Part shown: in pieces, positions 9,779-21,980 of the stretch | How the letters are laid out: every line of letters starts with the position of its first letter | Numbering within the stretch: the stretch's first letter is position 1 | From: Methanotrichaceae archaeon | GTDB lineage: Archaea > Halobacteriota > Methanosarcinia > Methanotrichales > Methanotrichaceae | Reading direction: 5' to 3' | DNA length: 64,000 nt | Assembly: GCA_963813075.1 (NCBI GenBank) | Contig: CAWEXU010000007.1 | Coordinates: 1-64,000, forward strand | Position numbers and translations under genes: made by a program | The notes under the pieces: model-generated | Database searches by the model: none | Seen by the model: the letters and a program-made list of their open reading frames with translations, nothing else | Told to the model about the DNA's origin: nothing

Positions 9779-10074
9779 TTATTTGGATGGCTCAGAAGAT
9801 TTCTTTTCATGCAGAGTCACATCCACCACCTGGCCCACCTTCCACTCCGGGCTGTGCGTTGCCACCACCACCGCCCCCAGGCGCGGATCGTAGAAGGCGA
9901 TGGCTGCGGCGGGCGAGCCGTGCAGCATGTGCAGGGCCATGCCGTAGCGCCAGATGGGAGCCCGGCCCTCGACGATCACGAGCGAGCCGCGGGGGATATC
10001 GGGCAGCGGGGGCAGCGGCTCGGCGGGGGTGATGGGCGAGGAGACGGCGATGGAGTAGATGACGGGGCGGTCAT
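9779..10074 (-). CDS. csx3: Csx3/Crn3 ring nuclease
   Basis: EGRAPIWRYG and FYDPRLGAVVVATH motifs; the probable ATG overlaps the upstream stop, with a 1-bp indel. Confidence 0.9.
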
Positions 10075-11321
10075 CTTTTAACCGCCTTTCGAATTTCGAA
10101 TTCTTCAGCAACTCTTTCGGCCAGTTTAGGGCTTTTCAAGAAATAAAGCTCGGCCAGCTCCCTGAGCTTCCCGCCAGCAATGATCTTGCATTCATAAATA
10201 TCCGCCCTCCTGAGAAGAGGCTCTTTAATACCGCCTTTTTGAGGATCGATTACATTATCAGAGGTCGTTGCCAGATAGGTCTTAACCCGTGTTGCTCTAA
10301 GACCGGATTTTATTGCTTCAATTTTATAGAGCACATCCTTTCCGGCAGGGTCATGCTCCTGGCCTCCGGTCTTGCACTCCACGGTGCAAAGCGACTGATT
10401 CATCATGAAGGTGACATCCAGATCATTATCCTCTCCCGGAAAAGCCTTTCCAACTCTGACGCCTTGATTCAGGTCCCAGATCCGTTCATCTTCGACGAAG
10501 GGATTGAGCATTCCCCAGACAAAGACTTCCAGCCATTTTCCTGCCAGAAATTCCACCCGGTGCTTATCCAGGCTTCCTAAGAGCATCGAATCTTTGGTCT
10601 TCAGACCCAATTTTGATGCTATTTTTGATCTGAGAGACTCGTTATCCAGAAATACGTTCGATTCCTCGGTAAGAATGAGTCCATCTCTATTCCATCCCTT
10701 CCGATCGTTCTTCTTCTTCTCTTCCATGAGGTTCTGGATTTTCCCCAGCATTCCCCTGAGTCCATGATCCTCGCTATTGGCCGTCAACAGGGCCGCAAGT
10801 TCAAAAAGATCCTCGGCTCTTTCTTTTGATATCTTTAGATCGCCTGGATTTTGGACACCAAAACCATAGCCTTCTAAAAACTCCGCCGTGGAAAGCCGGT
10901 GTTTCAAATCTACAGACGAATCTCCAAGGAGATCTTTTGCTTCGTGTTGGTTGCCCTCAGGGACATAGAGGGTTCTCAGGTGCTTCTCTTTGGAGAACTC
11001 GTATGCACCAATGCACATGGGCTTTGTTCCACCTGTGAGATTCACAACTAACTCATCATTGAGGTGTTCCTTGTGGATCTTTTTTAGCAAGTCGTAAGTC
11101 TCAGAGATGGAATCCTCTTTCGCAAGATCCTTGATATCATGCCTTGGTCCATAATCCAGCCCACCGGCTGCCAGCGCATTCAAGAGCTGATTATGCTTAT
11201 CCCTGGCCTTCATCAATGGGGTTACAATCAGAACCAGCCGGTCGGGAACGGGAGTTTCCGACCTTATGGAGAGCAGATTGGGGACATGCTGCCCGCTGAT
11301 GAGGCAGACCATGATCTTCAT
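10071..11321 (-). CDS. CARF plus PD-(D/E)xK nuclease effector (Card1/Can2, DUF1887-like)
   Basis: LISGQHVPN, VNLTGGTKPM (CARF), GKWLE, DLDV...VECKTG nuclease motif. Confidence 0.88.
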   Translation of the reverse strand: MKIMVCLISGQHVPNLLSIRSETPVPDRLVLIVTPLMKARDKHNQLLNALAAGGLDYGPRHDIKDLAKEDSISETYDLLKKIHKEHLNDELVVNLTGGTKPMCIGAYEFSKEKHLRTLYVPEGNQHEAKDLLGDSSVDLKHRLSTAEFLEGYGFGVQNPGDLKISKERAEDLFELAALLTANSEDHGLRGMLGKIQNLMEEKKKNDRKGWNRDGLILTEESNVFLDNESLRSKIASKLGLKTKDSMLLGSLDKHRVEFLAGKWLEVFVWGMLNPFVEDERIWDLNQGVRVGKAFPGEDNDLDVTFMMNQSLCTVECKTGGQEHDPAGKDVLYKIEAIKSGLRATRVKTYLATTSDNVIDPQKGGIKEPLLRRADIYECKIIAGGKLRELAELYFLKSPKLAERVAEEFEIRKAVKR

Positions 11322-12496
11322 CTTCGCCCTCTCTTGTCCCTCGCCTGACGGGTGGGCTCTCTCTTTGCGCCAACGGCAGCAAAATTGTACAAACCCTCTT
11401 TTTCCATGACTCCATTTATTTCCAGGCGGGTCTTCTGACCCATCTCAACAGAAGGCGGCGTTCCCAGGACAACAAGTCCACCGATGCCGTCATCGGCCAT
11501 GAAATACGCTGCGCCTCTCTTCTCTTTGGGGTCGGCAACCTTGGTGACTTCTACGATATCGCCTTTTTTGTACTTCAGCTTCTTCGCAGCAGGCTGAGGC
11601 TGTTTCTGCGGTTTCTGTACATCGGGGCTGAAGCTGGAATCTTTGAATCGGCTATCTTTGACTGATGACTGGCCTCTCATCTTCGTCTGAATTCTCCAAG
11701 ACGAGCCGCCCGTAGCCTGCATTGGTCTTGCCGCCGATGCCCCATTCCTTCGAAGGCCTCAGTCAGCAGATCGAAGGCAAGCTTTGCCCACTTCTGCCTC
11801 TTCGGTTCCAGGAACATCGCAAGAGACTGCAACATGGAAGGTTCCCACGACTGAGAGAAAGGTGACCGGATTTGGATCATCGAAGTCGTCGGTGGGTGCT
11901 GCCCGCTTCATCGGAATAGTAATCGCCATGATGCGGCGTCATCACATCCGGCTGAAGTGACTTCGCCAAGGCTTTCAGGAGTGATCCAAGCATCATGAAA
12001 GATAATATGTCCTGAATCCTCAGTGGTTCCGAAGATGGCTTTGTGATGATCGCCACCAGGTTCTCCATTCGCCAGCTTGAACCTCCTGATCTGCTGCGCC
12101 CCACACTTGATCACAATAATGAGCTGCAAGACCCTTCAGAGCAGTTCCAGGAATTAAAGGAGTCCCATAGGTGTGGTGAAGAGTGAGCCCGGTCTCCAGA
12201 ACATTCTCGCCACCAAGGCCAATCACCATTCTGCCCTTAGTGCGAAAAAGCCCTTTAGGTTGGCTCTTGAAGAGAGTCTCTCTTCCGTTTGACGCAGGCT
12301 GCCCTGATAGATCTCTTCCGATTGAACCAGAGACTGGCACATTACCTCAAATAGATCCCTGCGTGCTCCTGGATGATTCTACCTTATCTTTCACTGCCAC
12401 TCGCAGATATCTATCCCTGAGGAGACCGGCATTTGCACCCGTTGGATGTTCCGCTTCCCACCAATTTGAGATGGCAGCTCGGCATGAATCTGCCAT
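11318..12496 (-). CDS. cmr6: Cmr6 RAMP (frameshifted)
   Basis: [45 protein letters not shown] fragments in several frames. Confidence 0.9.
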
Positions 12497-12499
12497 ATT

Positions 12500-12858
12500 C
12501 AATCCAGTCTCCAGTAGTGCCTCAGAGTAGCGCTTGAGCCAGGTTGCAGACTCTATGGCCTCATAAGTAGCCGCTGATATTTCATAAGATCTGAATTTCT
12601 GCTGATCGTCCCCAAATCGTCTCCTTTTTCGTCCATAACCTGAGAGATGGAACAATGTAAGTCTCTTCCTGTTGCGCCTTCTTTTGCCTGAACGAAGGCC
12701 AGAGCCTGGGCCAGCCCACAAGATTGCACTAGAGCCGGAAATCTCTTGGCAAGCTGGCTATATTCTTCATCCTTTTGTCGCCTCTTTCTGGTGGAGAGAA
12801 CACAATCGTAAGCCTTCTGCGCCCTCTTCTGCTGTCGGGTTTGATGTTTCTCGCCCAT
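12500..12858 (-). CDS. cmr5: Cmr5 small subunit (frameshifted)
   Basis: QKRAQKAY, FPALVQSCGLAQALAF, WLKRYSEALL. Confidence 0.88.
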
Positions 12859-12862
12859 GGTT

Positions 12863-13774
12863 CTAGCTCCTCGTGAACAGGCATCTAACCCGACCTTTGC
12901 CAACGGTTGCTTTTCCACCAATCTGCAGGTCGAGCTTGTCCTTCGGACAGTATGTTTCCAGCAATCCTCTTTTCATTCTTTGACCACTGTCAGCGCCCTT
13001 CTCTGCCGAAGACTCTATCACACCAGGCGATCCCTGCAAGAATCGCCTCCGCAGGAAGGGCTTCTTCATACCAGAGCACGCCCTTGGCCACGATCTTTGT
13101 ATCGTCTTCAATCCTGACGTGAGCCGTCACTTCGGTGCCAGTCTTTGACAGGAAGTTGAAACAATCATCTTGAGGATAGCAAATCGCTCTTCAAAGATGC
13201 CTTTCCAGACCGAGCTAATTCCTTTGGAAAGATGATTCACCCAGCATTTCTGCCCACTTTTCAGTTTCATCATCCTCTTTTGCATTGAAATCCAGATCTT
13301 CAAAGAAGACCTTTTCGTCCTCCGGCAATCTTCGATCCATTCACGAAGCAGCTTCGTTTCTTGCAGGATTGATAGTTGGCGGAAGGTCCTTGTAACCGGC
13401 CGCTTCGAGATCCCTCTTTAGCCTTTCTAAAACCAGTGGACTGGTGATGTAGGCAAATGTTCCATAGAGGCTTCTCACAGGCAGGCAGACGATGTGAGCA
13501 TCGGTGAGAATTAGAGAACCTGCATTAGATGAGTCATCCACGATCTGTTTTCCAAAGGCAACATGCTGCATGAATTTCTCTTGTTGTTCATTTCCCTTTC
13601 TGGGAAGTGAAGTGATCTCTCATCACACCTTTTGCTGCCGAGCCGGGAACCAGCGGCCAGTCTGTGACTTTCTCCCTCATGATAGGCATATCTATAAATC
13701 CAACTCCTTTTCCGTGCTCCAACGTGCAAAGGCGTTATCGTCTGCAACCAGTACATTCTAGTGTTATTCTCCAT
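12863..13774 (-). CDS. cmr4: Cmr4 RAMP (frameshifted)
   Basis: TPLHVGA, LTDAHIVCLPVRSLYGTFAYITSP, LQIGGKATVGKG. Confidence 0.9.
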
Positions 13775-13787
13775 GATCTTGCACCTC

Positions 13788-15012
13788 CTATTTCTGATCT
13801 TCTTCATAGCTTCATCGTTTGCATAATCCCAAATGCCCCATAGGGCCAAGCCGAAGCCGTCCCGTCGGTCCTGCTCATCATCACAGACCGATCTAAGCCA
13901 GAGGCTTTTGGCGAGAGCGGCGGCATCTACATCTCCGTTCAATCTCGAAGAAGTAGACTGAACCCGCAGGAACGAGCCTTCTAATGGGCTTCGGCCCTTG
14001 CTTGCCTTTTTCCAGGCACCAGCCTGAAATTGGCTTCCAGCGATCTATGCAAGCCGAGACTAGCTTCAGCTTCAAGCCTTTGGGCCAATAATCAGGGACT
14101 TCATCGTTTGGCCAACCATTTAGCCAACCTGGCTTCCATCCATCGGAAAAGATAGCTGGCGTTGCCAAAACCATGCGCACTTTAGTCTTTCCGTCTCAGT
14201 CCTGAGACTATTTCCTTGGGAAAGTTCCATCCGTCTTGAGTCTCATGCGGCTTTCCATTTAGCCAGTCGTCTTTCGCCTCCAAAGGTATTGAATGAATCA
14301 ATTTTCGCAGCCAGGTTACCAAATTCGCCTTGTGCCTCCAGTTTTGCTGCAAGCTGAATTTCCTTGTCCTGTGCCTTTAACAGAGAGATCAAGCCCGATC
14401 GTCTCGAAGAGCCTGCAATCTTTAGATGATCCGAGCTCTGGATCGATCATGACGTGAGTTCTAGGCTCTTTTTGGGGCAGATTTAGAAAATCCGTTCTGT
14501 TTTTGACGTCCTCAGGATCAGGAGGAGCTGCGAAGCATTCACCTTTGGCGTTTAACAGCCAATTTATCATGGTTCTCACGGACCAGAATGCAGGTATCTT
14601 TGCTGGCTTGAATTCCTCCACACTATTAGGCAACATGGACGGAAGCAGATCACCTGACGGAAGATTGCAGCCTTCTTTGTCGTTTAAAAGCCCCCTCATT
14701 GGCCGTATGGCATAAGCATGACAAATGCGCTTTTTGTTCTCCTCCTTGACTAAAAGATCCTTCGGCTTGGAAAAATAGATCCTACGATCATGAAAAGGCA
14801 GTGGCCCTGAGACAATAATGTTATTTAGCGCCGCAATAGTATAATCATCAAAGTTGCCATCCTTCATCTTGCCCAACATAGTCCTTAGGGAACCCGAGGA
14901 CCGATGGATAGGGCCAATCAAGGCCTTTCATGCGATTTCCAGCATTAAATGGGCGACCATCTCTGGCAATAATGGGATCATGTGGAGAAATGGAAAGGTA
15001 GACAACAGTCAT
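13788..15012 (-). CDS. cmr3: Cmr3 (frameshifted)
   Basis: GSLRT, RMVLATPAIFSDGWKP, ISGW, VPAGSVYFF, DGFGLAL. Confidence 0.88.
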
Positions 15013-16906
15013 GCTGAAACCTCCTTCCGACCTGGCGCATAGGCAATTTCCTTAACATCTGCGATACGTCTTGCCAAAACAAGCTCTTTTGAACGGCGAA
15101 TTAGATCGTCATAAGACTCAACACCATCCATCAGTTCATTGAGATCTACCGAGTTGATCTCCTTGGTTCCTTGCCCGGCCCTTTTGCGCTTGAGAAGTCT
15201 TTTGACATCCTTTATAAGAAAATCATGCGAAATGCCACCCCAACCACGATAATCCTCGGCCAGTTGACGCAAATCATAGGCTGCTTTGTCCGGCAGTCTG
15301 TCATTCATATGCATTTCCGTCCAAGACTTCAGGCGTTCATCCAATCCGTTTTCGCCTGCTTCCTTCCATTGCTCTCTTATAAAGATGGGTTCCCCGCCGC
15401 TTCGGGTGTGAAGGTGCACCGCCAGACCATTCCTGTCAGGATTCTTGGCGGCTTGTTCCGCCGCCCTTCCAAACAAGAGAATATCTTCAAGAGGTTCCAT
15501 TGAGTGGACAATGGCGACCCCAACTGAGAGGGTCAAAGGAATCCTTTTTTCATTATTACCGCTCGATCGCAGCTCTCCAAATTCATCGTGTAATTTTCTT
15601 GCCGTTTCCAGGCATGTATCAACTGGTAAGACTAAGATGTCGTCTCCCCCTGAAAAGACTACGCACCCGTGGTTGCCTTCTACGATCTTCCTGGCTTTTG
15701 AGGCAAACCCTGATAGACTGTTAGAGAATTTGCGATGCTCTTCTGCCGATTCTATAGTGGAGAGGGCTTTTCCCATGTGGTCTCCGTCTGCTACGATGAC
15801 TGCAAGGTAAGGATCTGGTTCACCAAATCCAAATCCACCGTTATCTTTTTTCTGAAGTCTCTGGACCTTCTCCTCTATTTGAATTAGTTTTTCCATATCA
15901 TCTGTGTAAGGATTCTCTTCTGAGGTGTCCACGAGAGATCCTTGAGATCTTTCTTGGCACTATCAAGTCGAGATGGATAGAAGATCTGCCCATCAAAGGG
16001 AAAATCCTGATAAAGCCTTTTGCCAGTTCCTGATGAGAAACTATTTTCGCCTTTGCATAATCTGCAATTTAGATCTAAAGGTTTATAATCGCATTCTGGC
16101 CTTCCTGGCAATTTGCATTGAACTTTGCAAAGATCTCGTATCTCATCAAGAAGCTGATTGGCATCTCTTCTGCGACTGCTCCTGATGGCTCGAATCCACG
16201 GGTCTGCAGCTACTCGAATTACAGATGGAAATGGGACCCGTCCTCCACCCAATCTCTTGGTCAGGCCAACGGCGCAAAGCTGTTCGCCATTACTTAAGCG
16301 CATACGCAAAACAAGCCATTTTGGAAGATCTTTACTTTTAATGAGCACGCTCTCACGAGCACCATCAAGCGATGATTTAGGTACGCCAAGTCGACCTTTG
16401 GCAGGTATAAAATCTCTAATTGATTTTCTTCCCGCCAACAGACGCATCAATCTTTTACGAGTCTCAAGATAAGTCTCTTTATCCTTTGGAAAGACCCAGG
16501 CAGAATTGAATTCAATTACATCGTCGATCTGTTCCTTCCAGATATCATGGCGAATCGCCTTTCTAGCCATTGCTCTTGCTTTTCCTGCAGATCGCTTCCA
16601 TTCTTTTTTGGCAGCCTTCTGCGCATTCTTGTCTATCGAAGCAGGATCAAGTCCCTCAGGCAGCTCTGCAAGAATTATATTTGAAACATTTAGTGCATCG
16701 AGGGAGTCTGAAGGGTCGAGATTCTCATTCCCATCTTTGAGATCCGGAAAGATCAATAATCCACCCGACTTAGCTATTTCCTTAGCAGCCGCCTTGCTGA
16801 TCTCCGAAAGCATATGAGATCCAAACCAAAGGTCTCGTGTGCGTCGGGCTGCAGCAATAAAATCCTGCACCGGGCCGATAGACAGAACATAAAGAAAAGA
16901 TGTCAC
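15009..16906 (-). CDS. cas10: Cas10/Cmr2 (one frameshift near 15900), no HD domain
   Basis: SIGPVQDFIAAARRTRDLWFGS, ADGDHMG, FSGGDD cyclase motif. Confidence 0.95.
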
Positions 16907-18281
16907 GGAATCACCTCTTCGAAGCCATTTCCTTTGTCTCTAACAAACGTGATAAACGCATCAACAGATGATCCAGTGTCAGAAAATATTGATACTGGCG
17001 AATCGACAGTTCGTTTGTCTCTTATTTGAGATTCAGTTATAATATGACCCGATGCTAAGTCCTTTTTTCCGGGTTGAACATAAGCAGACTGCAAAGGCTC
17101 TGTACCCAATCTGATAATCATCGAAGCAAATCGATCGTTACCAAATTTTATCGGTCGTAATATCAGAGAGCTTGCCATTCTATCGTGATCTTTATTCGGC
17201 TGCAATGTAGGCTTTATATCCTCTCCTCGAATCTCTATGATGATCGGCATTCCAAACTCAGCTCGCGGGAAAGCAATATCTGTTACCCGTCGATCTTGTG
17301 GATGCCATCTACTTGGTCTGCTCTTCATCCCCTTTTGTGCCGAAATCAGATTTCTAAGCGACTCTGGCTCAGGCCAACGTGAACGTCCTGGTCGTGGTCC
17401 TCTGCCAGGATCCCGTCCGATGTCTACTCCTTGACGAAACTTCTTCATAACCGAAATGCAATCTTCCCAGCAGGAAATCGAATCTCGACCGTCTTTGAGG
17501 TAAATTCTCCCTAGAGTAGTCCACTTTTTAGGAGTGATAAACGATGACACATCGTAATAAGAGATTCGCTCCGCCCACCAATTCTGAAAATCTTTGAGAC
17601 TGGGCGGAGTTATATTTTGATTCAATAGATTGGATTGAGTGCAATAAAGCGCTCCGCACCCTCTTCTAGTCTCCAGATCCAATTCCACCGAAATTGACCC
17701 ATGCCCAAATGGCCGACTCTATATCCTTTTGTATATTATTGTCAGCGTTGTTCAATAGGGGTAGTCCCTTTTTATTTCTTTGATCGTTATAATCAGACAG
17801 GAAATGATTCATATGCTCTTGATTTGGAACAAGCGCAATCAAAGTGAATCTGGCTGACCTGATCATTTTTGAAGGATCTTTTGAATCTCTTTTGCCCTGG
17901 TGCTATCCCCTGAAATGGAAATAGCACATAAGGCAGAGAACTGTTTCGCGAATCTAAAGGTTTGGACCAAATAAGGTCGTATCCTTCGCGTCCGTAGCGT
18001 TCTTTGTACCGAGCACATTCAAAAGGTTCATCGTTCGACTCGACATTAACTTCAATTCGAACCGGGCTCGAATTCTTTGTTGTCCCCCAGATCTCGCCTT
18101 CTCGCTGGCGAAGCGCCGCAACTGTCGGGTATTTTGCACCTCTCGTCGCCCTCCACCAGAATCTAAGATGCCCTCGTATGCTCGACGGCCTGATCGGTGT
18201 CACAGGATCGTTCTCGCTAGTTTTGACACCGCCTCCAAATATCGGCGTAATTATCTGGATATTGTAGATTTTCTCAATCAT
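16903..18281 (-). CDS. cmr1: Cmr1 RAMP (frameshifted)
   Basis: ITPIFGGG, RPSSIRGHLRFWWRA, FGGIG, RAEFGMPI, RMASSL. Confidence 0.92.
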
Positions 18282-18385
18282 ATCCGAATTACGATCTACA
18301 TTAGATGGCTTCTCCGGACAATCTATTATGCTGCGTGACGTTTTGCCCCACTCCTGAAATTATTCTCTTATCATTCACCAATCGA

Positions 18386-19170
18386 TTAATATTCATCATA
18401 ACTCACAAATCCCCCCATCCCGAAATGCGCCCCGTACCCCACAGCCACCGGCCCCTGTACCGCCTCCGGAAATCGAATGCGAAAGCCGTAGCCCGCCCCG
18501 TCCACCGCCGGCTTCCCCTGCCCCTCTCCCTCCGTCTAAGGAAGGCATGCCAGGGAACGTCCCGCCCGCCCAGACGCGTGCAGGGCACAGGCTCTACATC
18601 CACTAGATCGGGAAATCCTGCCAGCCGGAGGAGTCGCCGTAGATCGTGCTCCGGGCTGCCGATCTGCAGTCCAGTGGCATCTCTCTTGAGTGCACCCGCT
18701 CGTGTGACCTTGGGATGTCGCGTGGGCAGGAAGGGAGTGCGCGAGACCCACGATCTTGATTTAGCCAGGAGACGGCACTCGCTTTTTTCCTGGTCAGTCC
18801 CTCCAAAGTCCTCAGGCCTGCCCAAACCCAACAGAGCCAATTGAACGTCAGACTCTCTCACCTCATAAATCTCTTTCAACCTGTGCAGGGCCTTCTGTTC
18901 CGGAAAACGAAACCCCAAAGGAGCGTAAACTGTAATATGTGTGATCTCTCCCTGGCCATCCTGCCCCAGGCCTCGATTCGACTCGCAGAAGATGTGAGCG
19001 TGACCATGTCCCTGCAACGGCTTGTACGAGCTATCGCAGCCCGTGAAGACCGGGGAGCCATTGGAGAGTTCTACTAAAGCCCGGTGAACTATCTCCGCAA
19101 AGGCAATGGTCTCTGTAAGATGCGGCGGACTCTGGCCTGTTAAGGCGTAGCGCGCCACAGTAAGCTTCAA
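18386..19170 (-). CDS. csb2: Csb2 C-terminal (Cas6-like) domain only; frameshift near the 3' end
   Basis: VARYAL, GHGHAH, WVSRTPF, and G-rich loop GPVAVGYGAHFGMG in an alternate frame; TTG start after an AGGAG-like RBS. Confidence 0.75.
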
Positions 19171-19432
19171 GGCCGTCTCCTCGCTCCATCGAAAAGCAGC
19201 AATACAAAAACTGGTGAGAAGATGAATTCGTGCTCTTCTTTTAAGAGACAACCGGAATTGAATTCGCCGACAGACTTCAGAAAGCTCAATTCGTTCTCCT
19301 CAACAGGCAATATATTTGCTTATAGATAAAGCTTTTTATTGGATGCTTCATACATTTAATTCTGAAAAATGATAAGATCTTTAATAGATTATGTTGAAAT
19401 GCGGATTAGAAAATATTCAAAGTTGGCCACGT

Positions 19433-20543
19433 TCATCTCATAGCCATTCCCACCAGGTCCACCAGATCGATCACCCTCTCTCCTCCGCCTCCATCCCTCA
19501 GATTCCTTATGCACAACGGGCAGGAGGTGACAATGTAATCGACATCATCCGGCACATCCTCCAGCCTCCTCCTGGCCATCTGCAATGATAGATCCCTGTA
19601 TCCTGCCCTCACCCCGCCCCCTCCACCGCAGCACCGGGCATCCTTCCGGTTTGATTTCATCTCCACCAGGCGGCAGATGGCTCTTATGACCTGACGCGGC
19701 TGCTCGTAGACCCGGTTGTGCCGTCCCAGGTGGCAGGGATCGTGATAGGTCACAGTGATATCCAGGGGCTTCAGGTCAATCTCCGAGATGTGCTCGGCCA
19801 GAAATTCGGGCACGCTCAAAACCTGGAACTGATTCCCATAGCTGTTTTTCAGTGTGGTATAGCAGCCTGCACAGCCGGTGATCACCGTTCTCGTCCCGAT
19901 CTCCCTGATCTGCCTGCAGTTCTCCTCGATCAGTTCATTGGCATCAAATCCCATCCGAAGCAAGGGCGAGCCGCAGCACTGCTCTCCTGGCAGCAGGGTG
20001 ACTCCAAACTGGCTGAGGATGGAGATAGGTATGCCTGGCCGTCTCCTGGTAGCGGTAGGAGTTCATGCAGCCCACGAAGTAGACATAATCCGCCCTCTCC
20101 CTGACCAGGCTCCGGTCCTGAAGCCATGCCAGCCGGTCGTCCCCTGTGCCAAAGGTATTGCCGCTCTGGAAAATACACCGGCTGAGACTCTCCTGCTCCG
20201 GAGTCACCTTTCCCTGAATGGCAAGCAGCCTTCTCGCCCTCTCGACGATATCCGGAGGGGAAATGCCCGCCGGGCAATTCTCAGTGCACAGGCCGCAGGT
20301 GGTGCAGGTGTTAAGGCTCCTGTGCACATCTGCATCCGTCTGAAGACGCCCCGAGGTGAGCTCCTTTATGATCATCATCCGCCCTCGGGTGTTGGCCGAC
20401 TCCCAACCAGCCTCCAGGAAGGCCGGACAGACGGTGCGACAGGTACCGCAGCGAACGCACTGATTGACCGCCTCAAGATCTATAAGTTCAGGTTCCTTGA
20501 CAGGATGCCTGGAACTCCTGCGATCGGGAGAGATCTTATTCAT
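19433..20543 (-). CDS. Fe-S oxidoreductase (GlcF-like, 4Fe-4S plus CCG domains; frameshifted)
   Basis: CVRCGTC, CTTCGLC, YHDPCHLGR, CCGGGGG. Confidence 0.88.
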
Positions 20544-20550
20544 ATCAGAA

Positions 20551-21958
20551 TCACAGCCCCATCTTGCCGGGGTTGAGTATCCCCCTGGGGTCCAGAGCCT
20601 TCTTTATCGCTCGCATCAGATTTATGCTCTCTTCCCCTACCTGCTCGGCCATATACTCCGCCCGGGCCAGGCCTATGCCGTGCTCGGAGCTGACCGTCCC
20701 CCCCAGGCTCAGGGCTGCTCGGTGGATTCTGTCCGCTGCCGTCCTGAGCCGATCCCACTGATCCGGATCATTGACATCGATGAACAGAGCGACATGCAGA
20801 TTTCCGTCTCCGATATGGCCGTACTTCATGGCAGGAATGCCCAGGCCCGCAGTGATCTGCTGCACCTTTTTTATAAGCGCCGGAATCTGCTTTATGGGAA
20901 CCCCCACATCCTCGCCCATATAGATCCTGGTCTTCTTGGGGTCCAGCCGAGAGATGGCCGCTCCCACCAGCCTCCTCGCCGCCAGATGGCGCTCCATCTC
21001 ACCGCCTTTGGCCGCTTTTATGGTAATGGCCATCGGCCGGCAGACCTCCTCGATCTGCGCTGCGGCCTCTGCGGTCGAAGCCTCCGTTCCGTCCACCTCG
21101 AAGAGTATCACATCCCCGTCGTCCGGCAGGGCAAGATCGGGATCGACAAGCTTCAGGACCTTCAGAGAGATCCGGTCCAGTATCTCGCAGGCGGATGGGG
21201 TTATGCCCTGGGAGAACACCGCTATCACCGCCTGGCCGGCAGACTCTGCACTCTCGAAGCTGGCCAATACCAGCCTCCTCTCTTTGGGCAGAGGGGCAAC
21301 CTTCAGTCCGGCCCGAGTGATGATGCCCAGGGTTCCCTCTGCGCCGACGAACAGCCGGGTGAGGTCGTATCCGGCTGCGGATTTGAGGTTCCGGGAGCCG
21401 GTATGAATCACCCTGCCGTCCGCCAGCACAATTTCGAGGTCCAGGACATAATTTTTAGTGGTGCCGTATTTAACCGAGCGCATGCCGCTGCTGTTATAGG
21501 AGATCATGCCCCCGAGGGTGCAAAAGGCGCTGCTGCCCGGGTCCGGAGGAAAGAAGAATCCGTGAGGCTCCGAGGCCGATTGAGCTTTTCTGCCACCACC
21601 CCCGGCTCGACGATGACCTGCAGGTTCTCAAGATCCATCTCCAGAATGCGATTCATTCCGGACATATCCAGAATTACGCCCCCCGAACCGGCGACGCCCC
21701 ACCGGCAAGCCCGCTTCCCGCCCCCCGAGCGACAACCGGCACCTCCCTCTCATTGCATAGCATCAGAATTCGGGAGACCTCGCCGGTATTCACTGGCCGG
21801 ACGACGAAATCGGGGCGGCCGGAAACCTGGGAGGCGTCTGAGGAGTAGCAGCACCTCTCCGCCAGCGAGGAGGAGACCCTCTCCCCCACAATCTCCTGCA
21901 GGCTTTCCAGCATGGTCGAAATGTAATTCACCTTCCTCTCGATATCCTCACACTGCAA
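20551..21958 (-). CDS. FAD-binding oxidoreductase (GlcD-like; frameshifted)
   Basis: RGAGSGLAGG, GAEGTLGIIT, GHIGDGNLH, EHGIG, LNPGK. Confidence 0.9.
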
Positions 21959-21980
21959 TTACTGCGCCGTTATTGTACCC

